From positions 11,594,001 to 11,658,000 of the forward strand of contig CM120645.1 of NCBI GenBank assembly GCA_051362555.1: 64,000 nucleotides of DNA, in the 5' to 3' direction. Position 1 is the first letter of the stretch. Each line of letters starts with the position of its first letter. Shown piece after piece: positions 50,257-64,000 of the stretch. The notes under the pieces were generated by a model. It did no database searches and was not told the DNA's origin. It worked only from the letters and a program-made list of their open reading frames with translations. A program made the translations under genes and the position numbers. This stretch comes from Lingula anatina (Eukaryota > Animalia > Brachiopoda).

Positions 50257-53200
50257 TAAAGACTTACATGGTTAGGATTACATTACAGGGTTTGTCTTCC
50301 GCAATACGTCTCAGTATGAAGAGCTCTTTCCCATGACCTATATGTAAGGTATAATATACATGTACGTATATGTATATACTGCTTTCCTTTAGGGATTCTT
50401 CCCAGTTATTGTTGACCACAGCTTGGATAACACATGAGTATATGATATCATTACACCTACTATGATATTTAACTTTTCTTTTTGAGCTATAATTAACTCA
50501 TCATAACTGTATCCGTCTCGTACATTTTGCTGTCTTGTTAATAGACACACACATCGTGTAGCTTAATTTCACTTTGCACAAACTTTTTTCAATCTATATC
50601 CAAAATAATGTACTACCTATTACGTTGACTCATTTGTAGTTTTTTGTTTCTTTTTGTCCTTTTTTGTAGAAGATTAATATTCACACCACCTATTCGCAAC
50701 AGAGGGAAGGAATGTTAAACACAGTCTACTGTCGTAACAACTTAATCTAATGCTCCTCAAACATCTTCCTTTAAGTGTAAAAACACCATCTAAATGCATT
50801 CAGCGTTCATATAAGTATGCGCTTTCATAAAAATCGCGGCAAAGGTGTTATTTAAGCACTACTTAAACAAATACAAATTACTGATACATAATGCTAAATA
50901 TTTTATGATTGTCCTCTTGACATTCTGTAGTATTGAAAGCTCGTAAGCAATTGCAGATTTATACTTTTTTTATGGCGTAGAATTACATTTCCACAGGTCT
51001 TACTTCGATTTATAAGCTTTAATCTTTAACAACTTAGTAGTTGATATAGACAAGGTACAGGGGTCCATATTTGTGAATCTATATGTCCAGGAGTTAGAAT
51101 GGTAATCTTGCAGGCGTCCTTCAATAATAAGGCATCTCTGTATGTTTCCTCACAATTCTGGCTTGACAGCGTGTCCTTGTCAAAACTATGCAAGGAACAA
51201 GAACAGTCAAATAAGAGAGCGCACAAACGTTGAAACAGTCATCTAGGAAAAGGGGTACCTAAGGAACGAATAAGATTAATGAGCAATCTCAAGAGAAAGA
51301 AAGAAAGACAGGCAAAGAGTGATTCTGTAAAAAAATCTTCGAAGACCTGGGAATTCAATTGTGGATATCAGTTAATTTGCTGAGGAAGGTGTTTTAATAA
51401 GGAACGCAGCATGGTGGCCATTCTTATGCTCTTTGTATTACATTTTACCAATAGCAGTGTGTGCTACACGTATAAAACAATACAACTCCGTAGATCCAAA
51501 TTGAAGATCGACAAACTGCAGTCGGATAATTGACAGTTGAAACGTTCGATAATCTGTGAGACAGATACCTAATAAACAAAGATCGTAGTTACGTACGTCT
51601 AAACTGAAACATGCAAACCAATTTTGTCACTACGCGAGATCCATGTACATTTAATCGCATTCCAGTATTGACCCTTCCTGTGTTATTCAAATATATTACA
51701 CCTTAGGAAATATAACGTAGGGTTTCACACAATTGACGTAAAGGCTATAAGCTCATATACTTATAAGTTATTACATGTACGTTTCCAGTTTCAGATATAA
51801 ATTCCGATTTGATTTGCTTTGGCGCACACGGCATGGCACTATGTACTGTGCCATATAGTGAGTTTATTACTGAATACCCATGGCATTTTAAGATGGATAC
51901 ATTGGTTGTGTGAAAAGACGACGAATATTGCGAAAAAATAGACACAGGGCGGTAAAATTGAGTGCAATTGGTCTAATGTAATGTAAACGTGCGACACAAA
52001 TAGTGAAAGTTTTGTTAATCTTGGTTTTGAAACGCAAAGTCTTTTAAAAACATACTCTGTAATACGTAGGAAAGTACAGCTGTACTGCAATTGGACAAGG
52101 GGGAGAAAAGAGAGTGTTTAAGTTTTAAGCTTATGACAGTTAGAACATTTATAATTGATTCAGCACAAAAACAAATTATGCGACTTCTTATTCAATTCCA
52201 GCTTTTAACTCAATTTAGATTTCTGTGAATTAATATAACCGTTTACATTCTAAGCCAGTGTCATGCATTCAGATTGTACTTTATAATTATGTTCTTCTTT
52301 AACTGCATATGGTATTTTGAAATGTGCCCCTTTGGGAACAACTGTTCTGTGACAGTGGAGTAAAGCACGATGATACACACACCACGTCACAGATGTGATA
52401 ATGTATAGAATACTTTAATATTGAAATGTACATACTATCGCGGCATCATAAAACGGAGGTTGTGTTTATGACATGTAACGGGGACCGTTTTGCTGTTTTA
52501 TTTCATTTGACATTATATGACTCATAAATTTCATTACACTACGTATCAAAGCCTTGACCGTGTGACGCTATTGTTCTATGACAGGAATTTTCAGGAAGAG
52601 CTCCAAGAAATCGCCGAGGGCTTGTGAAATTTCCAGGAATTCTAGGAGAGCTAGGAGTTTAAGAACCGTTGCTAGGCTAAAAATGTTGTTAATAAGGTAT
52701 GGTTGCTTAGTTACCAATGCCATACGTTTACATACTTCCTTTGAATTGTGATGAATAACCTCAGTAATTCTAATAAATACTATGCACATATTGGGTGGAT
52801 ATAAATACGCCAGAACTTGAGATTTTGATAACTCAAAAAGTCATCCATAAAAATGAAATACTATTACATAGTATACTAGTCCATATTATTTCTTTACGAA
52901 CAGATAGTAAAGGTTGTGACTCGATAGTTTTTATGACATCCATGTGGCCCCCAGTATAAAATACCAGGGATTAAGCGTTATTTGGTCTCTTTCCATGTCA
53001 TTGATAATTACGTCTTCCTACAGGATTCAGCAACATGCCATGCCCTTTAGGCCAGAAACTAATATTATGAACAAACTCTAAATTCATTAAGCATTTTGAC
53101 CAGGTTAGCTGGGTTTAGTGGACGGATTGACCTTGGTTGCAAAAATTTTCATATTTTATCCAAAATTGTATCCTGCCATGTTTGACTTTGGTTTTTGTAC

Positions 53201-55234
53201 TGAGTGACTTACAGATTTTACGAAACTTATGGAGTCTAAACCTTGAAAATGTCTACTGGCATACCATGAATTAGTACATTTGAAATGTCTTGGAATAACG
53301 TACAACAGATGATTTTTGATCTGTCACAATCTCGAGTTCGGGATGTTTTAGTTATCCATCTGATATATAGATAAATCATATTGATGTTTCTTGTTCTTCA
53401 TTCCTCTTATTGTATGTCATATTTCATTGAGAAATACGATAGAGAAACACGGAACTACTAAATCTGTGATATCGTGCCGTCGGATAACGGTTATTCCATT
53501 AATTAATGTGCCTGTCGAACCTGTTATCACAGCCTATAACTTTTAATAACGGGCATTTATATGCTAAGTGGCATACACTGTATCTGCACTTTGTTAAAGC
53601 CATCTTTTTGGTTAATATACATGTATCTTTCTCGACTCCTACATCAAACCATATCCTTTAATACACTGAAACATTCGATTCAATTTCACATTATAAAATT
53701 GATTAATACGTTCTTAGTGATCGATAGAAACGAGCACATTTGATTAAGCCTCCAGAAATATTGTTGACATGAGTCATATATCTGCTCGCTTCCCTAAGCC
53801 AGCATCGCCTGCTTGCTAGCTGACAAGTTACTAGATGCTCTAAACTATTTAAGGTTCTAGGAAACATTCAGTCATTAATTAAGAAATTCCAGTCTTAAAA
53901 TCGATCGACGGCAACTTTTTGACCTCGCTGCTTTGACAGCTGCAATACACAACTTGAAACTTACAGATAAAACATACAGTGCGTACGACCAGCTTTGACA
54001 TCCTGTTATTTATATGCTTGGTTCTCTGGTTTAAGAAAGAAATTATGGATTTTTATATTGAAACTGTCGTTATAATCATTTTATCCTGAATTTAATTTGA
54101 AATAAGAAACTGGATATACATATTCCGGTGACTCCTTCATGTGATTAATATATATCCATACATATATATTTTCTTCATCCTAAATATATCCATGAAATTT
54201 GCCAGGGTGCTGAATTATTGAATGGATGCCCCGGTATTTGTAGGCCCTATACATTTATTTGACTTTCCAGTGTACTTCTTGTCCTTATATACAAGAAAAA
54301 AAAAACAATTGTCAGGACTCACTTCCAGTTTCAAAGTTAATCTCCCTTCCCACCCACTTTCCGTGCGGTTACAAATTAAAACCATGCTGCACAGCGTACT
54401 AAAATAAGCGGCCCCGACGTGACTAGAAATACAACATCCCCTGCATCTCATTGGCCTCACAGGTTGTTTCCTATGCAGGTTGTTTCCTATCGAAGTCCCA
54501 CTTGGGAAATTTCTGCGGATGTAAACATGGCTTAAACAACTGCGTGGGGCGTCCGGCGTCTTGATTGCAATCCCCTCTTGTGGCGTGATACGGCAGCGCA
54601 CTGTAGTTGTTGAGCTCTGGCCGTTGAGCCATTACAAATTACCTTTTCACAGAACCAGCTTTTGGACATCTTTATTTACATGTACCTATTGTGCTTTGCA
54701 ATATTGGGTCTGCTTTGGGACTGTTTCTTGATCAACCCAAACTAGGATCGTAATACCTGTTTATTAAAAATGAATATTAAATACTTTTTCTATTTTCATC
54801 CTTAATAAATATAAAAATAAAATACATTTAAAACGTATTTCTGACACAGTATAGGTCCACCGTCGTATCACTTGAGATTATTTCATTTAAACGCTTTACG
54901 CCATCATGCAATATCTATTCTAAGAGTGCGCATGCACAGACCGCTTACATACTCCATAAGCTCTGTGTAACAATATATTAACTGGCTTTATTGCAATAAT
55001 AATAAAATAAACACGAGGCACTCTAATGTAGAGCATTAGTCATACAATATCTTATTTTGTTTGATTATTATTGCATATTTGTCATCAATCACTGCGCACT
55101 GAAACTTTGATGCCAGTATAAACATAGATTCCCATAGACTTAAATGTGGATACATCATTCGACGGCCAAATTAATTTTTGTATTGATATAAATATATGTC
55201 TTTAAAAACTTGGGAGGTAAAGCGTACTTTACAC

Positions 55235-55246
55235 GTGTGTGTGTGT

Positions 55247-55291
<45 letters not shown>
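55235..55291. repeat. (GT)n microsatellite ending in (GC)n, an alternating purine-pyrimidine tract
   Basis: Read directly from the sequence. Confidence 0.95.
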
Positions 55292-58200
55292 ACAATTGCA
55301 TGCCGACGTCTGGTGATTTCACCGTATATATGTACGTTTTTCGCAACACTCCATATATCTACGAAACAGGTGCAGTACCACGTTGTGCCGATATTAAAAG
55401 GGTGAACGATGTCAGCAATTTTAAGCAAATCTATTCTAAGTCTCTACGTGGCGCTTATGGATTATATTAATTGTGATTTAGAAATATTATTAACAGGGAT
55501 AATCTCGTATTCCATACCCTCAAATGACTCGAGCAGTTTCCGAGCCGCCTGAATATAATGCATGGTTTTACTAGCAAATAATGGGGTTTAGCAGGAGCAA
55601 AATCAATGAAAATTTATTGACTCTAATGAACTTCGTTAAATTGAAATAGAACTGGGTGAAATCTAAAGATCCTCGATGCATTAGGTCCAATACTGTAGTT
55701 AATCTTGGCCAATTTTCCGGAGTTTTAGTTTTTAAATAATGCAATCAGGGGTATGCCGGCCTGATAGACCCCTAGATATATAAAGATAATCGAAATACAC
55801 ATATGAATTACAGAGAATAACAGCGTCTTGGGTGGCATTTATTTCTATTCTTTTCAAACTGTAAATGTCCTTTCGGTGAAGCTTCATGTGATTCTAAATG
55901 CAAACGAACAAATGGATATCCCAATTTAAAAGAGCAACTGGCCGTCCAAAATGTATATAATTTTCGATGAACTCATCGATTGATTGGCTGACTGGTTTGT
56001 TGATACGGTGTCCATTTTCGTCTGCTAGAAAAATACTTACCTGCATTATAAAAATAAAAATAAAAATAAAAAAGTACCTTGGAAAAGAGAACAAACATGC
56101 ATTGCAATAGATAAAACCCATCTGGCCGCTTGTGCGTGGCCAAAATTATCTTTAAAATATGTCAAGTTTTGATAGTGTCCGAATTTATTTCCAGCGGATT
56201 TTCTTATTGGATCAATAACCTGTATCTCTATAATCCAAAGGCAATGGGTGCATTATAAAGTTACAATCGAGAAGCATCCATCTTATTGTCTGCCCACATT
56301 CAAACTTCCGGTCCATGAGTCACCTCTGTGGTCCTGGGTATAGGCTTTAGTTCCTCTTGGATAAGCATTTGATTTTTTCATCATGTTTAAGCCTTGTAAA
56401 TTCTTCTGGCTATCAATATAGGTCTTGCTGCATATAATAACTTTCTCACTGCGTTTACAAATGTAGGCTAAATATGTTTTGAAATAAAAGGCTTATGCAT
56501 CAGTATGTACTTTGTTTTGGGAAAGCAACCTTAACGTAAAATGAATTATCCGTTTTATATAGAATTTAATGAAACGAAGATACATTCTTTATCACATTTA
56601 AGTAAAACTTGCTCCTTGCCGTGACATCTAAATTTCAATTTCAATTTGGCATAATTTTCCAAATCAAAACGCTTAGAGTAACAGATATAAAAGTGTATTT
56701 TAATATTAAAAAATACGTACAGTTTGCAGTTATTATGGTTAGTCAATATATTGCTATTAAAATTACATTTTAACGTGCCTATGCACATTTTTGTAAAATA
56801 TAGCCCAGAATTCAGTCAATGTAGTTTTCAAAAAAGTAAGCCTATGTCGACTTATGAAATAAATATCCAATCAAAAGCCTAAGTGTATACCAATACAATT
56901 ATTATTTTACATAGTTGGTTTTTCAAACCTTGTCTTTATAGGCCTACGGATTTTTTCCTTTTTATTAATAAAGAAAAATCTTGTATTATACGAACGATTA
57001 TCTAAATATAAACTAATCCAAATTCACCATACATGGTGTGTGTATTGCCACACAAGTTGGTATCCATTTTGCAGGGCGTTGCAGTATTTATGAAACATTT
57101 GATGATGCCCCGCGTGGCATTTCCATTTCAAGTCAATTTAAATTGAATCACAGCGACTTCTTTTTTAAGCAGACAAAATCGATTTCATGTACCGGCAAAT
57201 TCGATTTCAAGCGCACTGTTCAATTTGAGTTATATTTTCCAAAGCAGCTACCACTACAGTGCCATACATTGCCAGTATGCTCTAAATTATGCAATTGTAT
57301 TTTCTTTAATACTGTATATATATCATTCGTTTTCCATGTTTATTGTTAACAGGTTATCGAAAGATGATGCTTATCATGATATTGAGTACAGCGTTCTAAC
57401 ACGTATCCTATGCCTGGTAATACTTCAGTAAATCAATCGGGCGCCAACCCCGAGCTACAGAGGTCACTGGAAATTAACTGACCACTTCATGGAAACGTCA
57501 GAGGCATGTTGATAGAAGTTGTTTGAGTGCCCAGTCGATATTTCAGGGGAGAAATATTGGAGGAAGTGCTGGGGGGGGGGGGGAGGGGCAATAGGACCCC
57601 ATGGTTACACATTGAACATTCAAAGGTTCGGTGTGAATCATTAAAAAAAAGACATTACACCACTCTCTTAAATAGCTATATCCCACATGCCCGTATTTAT
57701 TCAAGAGTAGCTTCGGCTATATCAAGTCAAAAGATCTATTTATTCTGAATATGCTAGAAATGATTGAAACGTCAGAGCGGTTTGGTGCCCATATCATTCC
57801 TCGTGCCGCTGACAGCAAAACAATATCTAGGTTGACCACTGAATATGCCACAGGGAACGCAGTTACAACTTAAACGATGGACCACTGAAATTGGTATGAC
57901 ATTCTGTGTAATCAAAATCAATAGAGTTATGGCTATAAGACCGCGTTCACACGAGGTTGATTAAGGTCGGTTCTGATTGGTTTGATCAGAACGCTGAACT
58001 GGGCTGTTAAGATGAAGCCGGGGAAATCTCGCGTATCATGCAGGTATCTGATCCGGTTATTACAATTATGATTGATTGCTTGGGTGACATGCTGTGGACC
58101 CTTTCGGTTTACTTGTAGCAGAGACTTAAATTTGCAGCGGCTTTTCTAGAACGCATAAACAACTGGATCATGTTAAATGGTAACTGTAAGTTCAACTAAC

Positions 58201-59745
58201 TGAGTACATGTACTATACATGCATAGCAATGGAGTTAGTTTAAAAGCTATACGTACAAAAATATATACTTTTATGTCAGACTCTGCAAATATAGTCTCCA
58301 ACAGAACTGAAGAATGAAGAATTGTGTGCACAAATGTTTAACATTACGCCTCAGGAATCAGAAGCTGGTAAAACTCCACAACTTTCATATTGGAAAATGT
58401 AAAAATCGTTTTCAAACGTATGTGTCACATTGCATCTCAAGTTCCATAACCTTCTACGTGTAGAATCCACATCTAGTATGAGCGTGCTTAGGTCCCCTTC
58501 CCTACGTTAAAAAGGACAGTCAAAATGAGCAGGGGTTCATAACCATCAATACCTTGGAGCTCAGGTCCATGAATAATAATAACAATAATAATGTTTTTCT
58601 CCAAGGCTCCCAAACGGATACTTACCCCCTGCTATTAAGGGCGGGGGCAGGGCTCGAACAGAAGATGAAAAACCGTGCGTGTACCGCATTCTTCATGCGA
58701 AACTTACTGTTCACTGCCTGGTTCATATCACGAAGAGAGCAACATTAATTTAGTTATATTGCACGAAAAAACCGAAACCAAACGTTTTGATTTAAACATT
58801 AAAATCCCTTATTCAGCAATAGCGGCCATAAATAATAGATACTTTGTGCTATATATAATATATTGTATGTAGCACAATGTGGTTTTTGATCTGAGTACAT
58901 CTACACTTAAGAGAAGGGGGCTTTGTCCTTGGGTTCACGCCATTTATCAAAGTAATGGCTCAAACCAGAATCAATGACAAAATTCCAAATGAGATCCAAA
59001 AGTCCAGAAATGACTTTAGGGAGATATTCCTTTCAACAGCACTATTTTTGTTTCAAAGACAGTTTTCAATAATGCCCCTTAAGCGTTTCCAAAATCGATC
59101 TGACCAAAAGATCAAACTCAAGCTCAGACGTCTCAGGGGGTATCTGCCCAAAGCTTCGTGATGAATAAGGGCGATGAAAACTAAGTGTTCATTACGAAAA
59201 AAAAAAAAAGAAAGAAAAAGAAAGAAAAGAAGGACAGAAAGAAAAATAAAAAACACAGCATTTATTTGGCACAGAAAAGAGAGAGTACGGGAAACGCATC
59301 TTTACATTAAATAGATAGTTGTTTAGAATCAACACTGAAGCAACAGGCAGGAAACAGAAAACTGCGCGAAAAAATTGAGCCTCTCTTCTTATACCCGTCC
59401 TTTGTAAAATGCTTACCAACAAGCATTGTCATACTGTCCAATATTATAATGAATAGCAGTGACATTGTTGTCAATAGCGAGTGAACATTTGAAAATGCAG
59501 GTAACCGGATGTCCGCAATTGAGAAAATTCCATCTGGAAACGCGTGTAACAATCAAATGCACTGAATGATCTTCCGATAATGTGTTCCCAAGAGAAGAGT
59601 GCGACAATAATGTGCAATTGTAGGCGATAATAGAGTGTTAATTTATCATCCCCTTTCCACATTGGAGAACCTTAACCGCCGAGTGTGAGCCACAGAATTA
59701 GCCACTGCCGCTGCTGATGCCACAGCTTTAACATAAAAGGCAATT

Positions 59746-59747
<2 letters not shown>

Positions 59748-59790
<43 letters not shown>
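59748..59790. repeat. (GA)n microsatellite
   Basis: Read directly from the sequence. Confidence 0.97.
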
Positions 59791-59795
<5 letters not shown>

Positions 59796-61763
59796 GAGCA
59801 GCTACCAGCAGATCATTGATTTTGGCAAGCAAACTAGTCTTCAATGCGGTTAATCAAGCCAAATGCCTAACAATTGACTGGAAAATCTAATTTATACCCT
59901 CTGAGGACCACGAGACTGGCTCGGGATATTCATAACCCTTCTTATGCGAACGGACGCAAGGCAAAAAAGCCCTAAAGGATTGCTAGAGCTGCGGTACATT
60001 GTCCAACATCTTCCGAATCCCATTTCTTTGAAGCCAGCTGATCTCCTACAGGCTGAAGAATGCATAGATCCCAAGCAATTTGCCCCAGTGCATCCAAGTA
60101 CACATAATACACGGCTTTGATCTTTACATTTATCAATAGCCGTAAGAATTTTTTCTTTGTTGTTTAATATTTCGCCTTCGTCAGACTTGATCACAGAACT
60201 TCTGTTGTGGCATTTGCATAGGTATTCCTAATCGGTGATATTATCCTTAAGGTCCCTCCTACTGACAAATGGAGCATGGGGGGGGGGGGGGGGAGGGGCG
60301 AAAAAATGCGCGCACGCCGAGACTTGGACGCTTGAGCTATTGTCACAGAAAGAGTTCCTTGATCAAGTTTAACAGTTCATGGTAAAACATGTGAGTCTAA
60401 GCTGTTATTTTCTTGCAAAAACAATGAATTCACTTATTTGTTCGCCTTGACATTCTTACTTTTTCTCTTTGAATTTCGTAAGGCAATTTATTTTCAAAAT
60501 GTGCAAAAAAGAATGTGGCAAGTTTGCTAATTGCTTTTTCCGGCAACCGCATGTGTTGAAAGGCAGATCAAAAACATTGGTCACACATACACTGTACATG
60601 TAGTCTATGTTTTATATCGTTTGTGAGCAAAAGCCTTGAATTTGACAATTCATCTGCGTTTTTTCTCAATTTGCTTTTACTTTTGAGAATGTCTTTTTTA
60701 CTTAAAAGAACAAGACGTTTAACTTGTGCAGGTTTCTTTGGGTTGATTATAGACAAATAATGGCCATAATAAGCACAACTTTGATGCGTGGTGTAAGTCA
60801 GTAGACACATTTTACGTGTAAAATGTCTCTAAAAAACTTTACTAGCAAATACCAGGGGGAATCGGAATGTATCTAAATTCCCATCATCTCCCACTTCACT
60901 GCACTAAAAGAAAATCTCCGCTAGTCTCAATGGTCAATGTGTTTCAGTTTTGGTATGGCGATTACTGTCTGGCTTTTCATCTGCCTTTCTGATGTTCGAC
61001 TTTATTAGTTTCTTTAACCTTTCATGTTGTAAAACATGGTATCTTTTAATCAAATTAACACCCAGAGAAAGTACATAACCGGAACATTTATCAATAAAAT
61101 CTACATTACTGGTTTCTTCACTCACAGTAATTGAAATTGCATTGGTATATGATGGACTTTGGTTGTAGAGTTGCACCTTCAGATAGGGGGAAGCTTTACT
61201 AGTATTGTGGGTGGCGTTCTTTCAAAGGGGCATTTACTTGCAACTAAGTCAATAATTATTACTAACATAGTTTTCTGATTACTTAAACAATTTTCCAATT
61301 TTGAGACTTTAAACAACGTCAAACCTATGTCCTATTAGTAGCCGTGTGTGTTGTAAATTGCACTTGGTAAATGGTAATTTTATTATTTCAAAAAATGTAA
61401 CGGGTCTTTTCAAGGGCATAAATATCAGCTATTTAATAGGGAAAATGATGTGTAGGAAACCAAAAAATCCTAGAACCGTCTCAGGAAAGCAATCAATAGA
61501 GGCACGTTTTATTTATTTATTTATTTTTTTTTTTGAGACAAATATCGTACTGAAAATTTTTCTCATTGTTGTCTGCCACATTATTCGTACTGACCAGCGG
61601 TGGAAATTATCAACCTTCTTGTGGAATAATTTAACTTGGAAGATTACTTGACACCCAATTGTATATAAAATTTTGAATCTATAGCCAAATGTGTAATGTC
61701 TCTATACATGATTACAAATACTTTGGCGTTTATGGCTAAGTGAATCATCAAGTGAACCATCCA

Positions 61764-61871
61764 AAGTCTTCAAGAGGACCAGCCTATATTCTCCTGGGGA
61801 GTGCCAGTTCAAGTCCTCGTGACGGACCAGCCTAATTCCTCGCGAGGAGGACCCGTACAAGTCCTAGTGAG
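61764..61871. repeat. Degenerate tandem repeat of about 47 bp, roughly 2.3 copies
   Basis: AAGTCTTCAAGAGGACCAGCCTA..., AAGTCCTCGTGACGGACCAGCCTA..., AAGTCCTAGTGA. Confidence 0.65.
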
Positions 61872-62977
61872 AAAGACACTACGTCATCATGTAATTATCC
61901 TTTGAAAAACATTGTAAGTCCACAAAAAAGAGGTAAAAGTGTTTAAATGTTTTAAAGATAATTACATCATGAACACCTTGTTTCTCTGAGAGTGTAACTA
62001 AAGTCGGCTTTGATTAAGTTACTTTAACTCAGAGAGCTGCCTTATGTCGACTGAGCTATAACAGTGTCACGGCTGACCGATTTATACAAAGAATACTTTT
62101 TAAACTTTAAAAAAAACGTCCTCGGGCACCCAATATGATAGAAAACAATGGCACGATAATTCGATTTTTGGCTTTAAGATTTAATTCTTAGACTTAAAAA
62201 GTAGATAATCGAACTTTTATAAACTTTGTTAAGGGACCTTTACCAAGTCAGTTTTCTTCGTTGGCTTGCCAAGGACAATGACCTCGTCACCCGGCAAGGG
62301 AAATGACCCAAAACTAAGTTCATTTCGTGAAATGGTGTTTTGCGTGCGCACTACTTAACGTTTCAATGTTAGAGTAATCTTTTTATTGCTGATTCGCCTG
62401 CCAATGGTTCTGTACCAAAACTGGAGTTCTTGGAGGTCCCTCTGGATGTGGAACGTGTTAGGAGAGGAAATAAAGGGAAATAAAATAGAGGAGTTTATCA
62501 GGCAGTCCTTGGGGACAGAGAGAAGATTCCAAAGTGTGTCAGGAAGTTGCATCTCACGGAAAACTTACAGCCGTGTTGTCTTTTCTTTATTCTATCAATT
62601 TTTACTTTGTTCATTCGTTTTTTTATCAGTTGTAATACATTTGTTGAAATCACTAACATTTCCTTAAGAGCAAGACTGCAAAGGAAGGTCTCTTTCACTA
62701 AAAAAATAATGAAAACCCGAAATAACGATGGGCAAAAACTAAACTTGTAATTGGTACCGGCTGCCTCTTTAATATTATGTCGCTAGTAGCCGTTTAGATA
62801 TATTTCAACACGATATTTTTTTTGATCAATCAAATGTTTTAAAAAACAGTTGAACGATTTTAAAATAAAATTATCAAAAACTAAGTATTAGATAGCATAT
62901 GAACAAAAGAATGCTTTGTTTGTCAATGGAACATTATAACAGAAACCAGACAATTCATTTACGCAAAATATTACGAC

Positions 62978-62983
62978 TTTATT
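62978..62983 (-). terminator. Candidate polyadenylation signal (AATAAA) of a minus-strand transcript coming from beyond the window
   Basis: TTTATT on the plus strand, followed by ACA/TACA-rich sequence (U/G- and UGUA-rich on the minus strand), typical of a 3'UTR end. No CDS in the window confirms it. Confidence 0.25.
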
Positions 62984-64000
62984 CGAATTCATAAGGTACA
63001 TCGTCCACGAATATACCATTATTTAATATACACGTTAACATACAACGCATTCCAGTATGTACATAAGAAATATGTTAGTAATTTACACCAAATAACCCGC
63101 ATTATATGACTCAACTACAGGATACTTAATGTCAATAGCTGTTATGATAAATCAGGATACCTGATATACAAAATGCACTGATAACGCACTGTAAATAACA
63201 ATATCATTCACAAATACATGCAAACAAAGTACCTTTCAAAAATGGCTTTCGTTCAATCCAATAATTGGTTTTGAAAACGTACACAATAGCAGTTTTTTTA
63301 ACAGTTTTAGCTCCACAACTGAAATTGATGACATCAGACTAGACGAAGCTGCTAAGCTAATTTCTATTGAACGATCGATTCATGTGGGGAGCAAACTTCA
63401 CCTAGGGCATGGCGGGCCACATGTGCGAGACAAAACCAGAGTCTTATACCAGAGATGTTCCGTTAGATAACAGCGCCATGCAATAAAATGGTCAGTGACC
63501 ATGCCAATTCCAAGAGCGTTAACCAAGAATTGTCTCGCAAAATTATCTTCACGAATATCGTAATACGAGCACTTGCAAAGTTCAAGTATACTTTTTCCAC
63601 GTTTACAAACGTACGGCCCACACCACTTACAATGGCAGTTATGCGTCATTACAAAACCTTTTTATGCAAACCAGCAATCTTATCAAACTTATCAACGGGT
63701 TTTAATGCAAGCACTTCTACGTAAATGGATCTACATTTTGTGACGCGAAACTTTGCGCCATGCATAAACTTCTTTACTTAAACGATATCTCTCACATCCG
63801 AGCATAATGAAATTATCTGAAATGGGCCAAGCGCGTACATGTTGTAAGGCCTCCGTTTTTAACTTTATCTTTTCTGATCTAATGCCATCCTGTGTCGTAC
63901 ACCTGAACATTACTCTATTTGAACACACAAGCGCAACATCTCCCGTTTTCTCCTTGTGCCTAATGGAGCGAGTGAATGACGCACTTTATGCAAAACCAAA

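Noticed and set aside
60568-61176. Two Lys-rich 80-aa minus-strand ORFs
   Set aside because: They reflect A/T composition. They could be decayed transposon coding sequence, but no motif is identifiable.
1-64000. tRNA, rRNA, CRISPR arrays, operon-like prokaryotic systems
   Set aside because: No cloverleaf, rRNA or regular repeat-spacer pattern was seen, and the window is clearly eukaryotic.

Overview
AT-rich eukaryotic (animal) genomic DNA. The repeat landscape and channel sequences suggest a lophotrochozoan, probably a mollusc; this is inference. Only two protein-coding genes are supported. Both are Shaker/Kv1 (KCNA-like) voltage-gated K+ channel alpha subunits with intronless coding sequence, arranged head-to-head about 33.7 kb apart: gene A (13636..15213, minus, 525 aa) and gene B (48952..50256, plus, 434 aa). 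Gene A has a near-canonical voltage sensor and gate. Gene B lacks one whole R-x-x triad in S4, has lost the conserved basic and acidic residues of the S4-S5/S5 junction, and has a remodelled S6 gate (PIPIITE). Both proteins have almost no cytoplasmic C-tail, a pair of extracellular voltage-sensor cysteines and a Cys/His cluster before T1. The most interesting hypothesis is a co-regulated pair of one principal and one modulatory Kv1 subunit. The rest is non-coding: a dead Tc1 transposon, TA- and TTAA-flanked MITEs, a dispersed repeat, microsatellites, several palindromes and candidate 5'UTR splice sites. The other ORF-track entries look like noise or antisense shadows.
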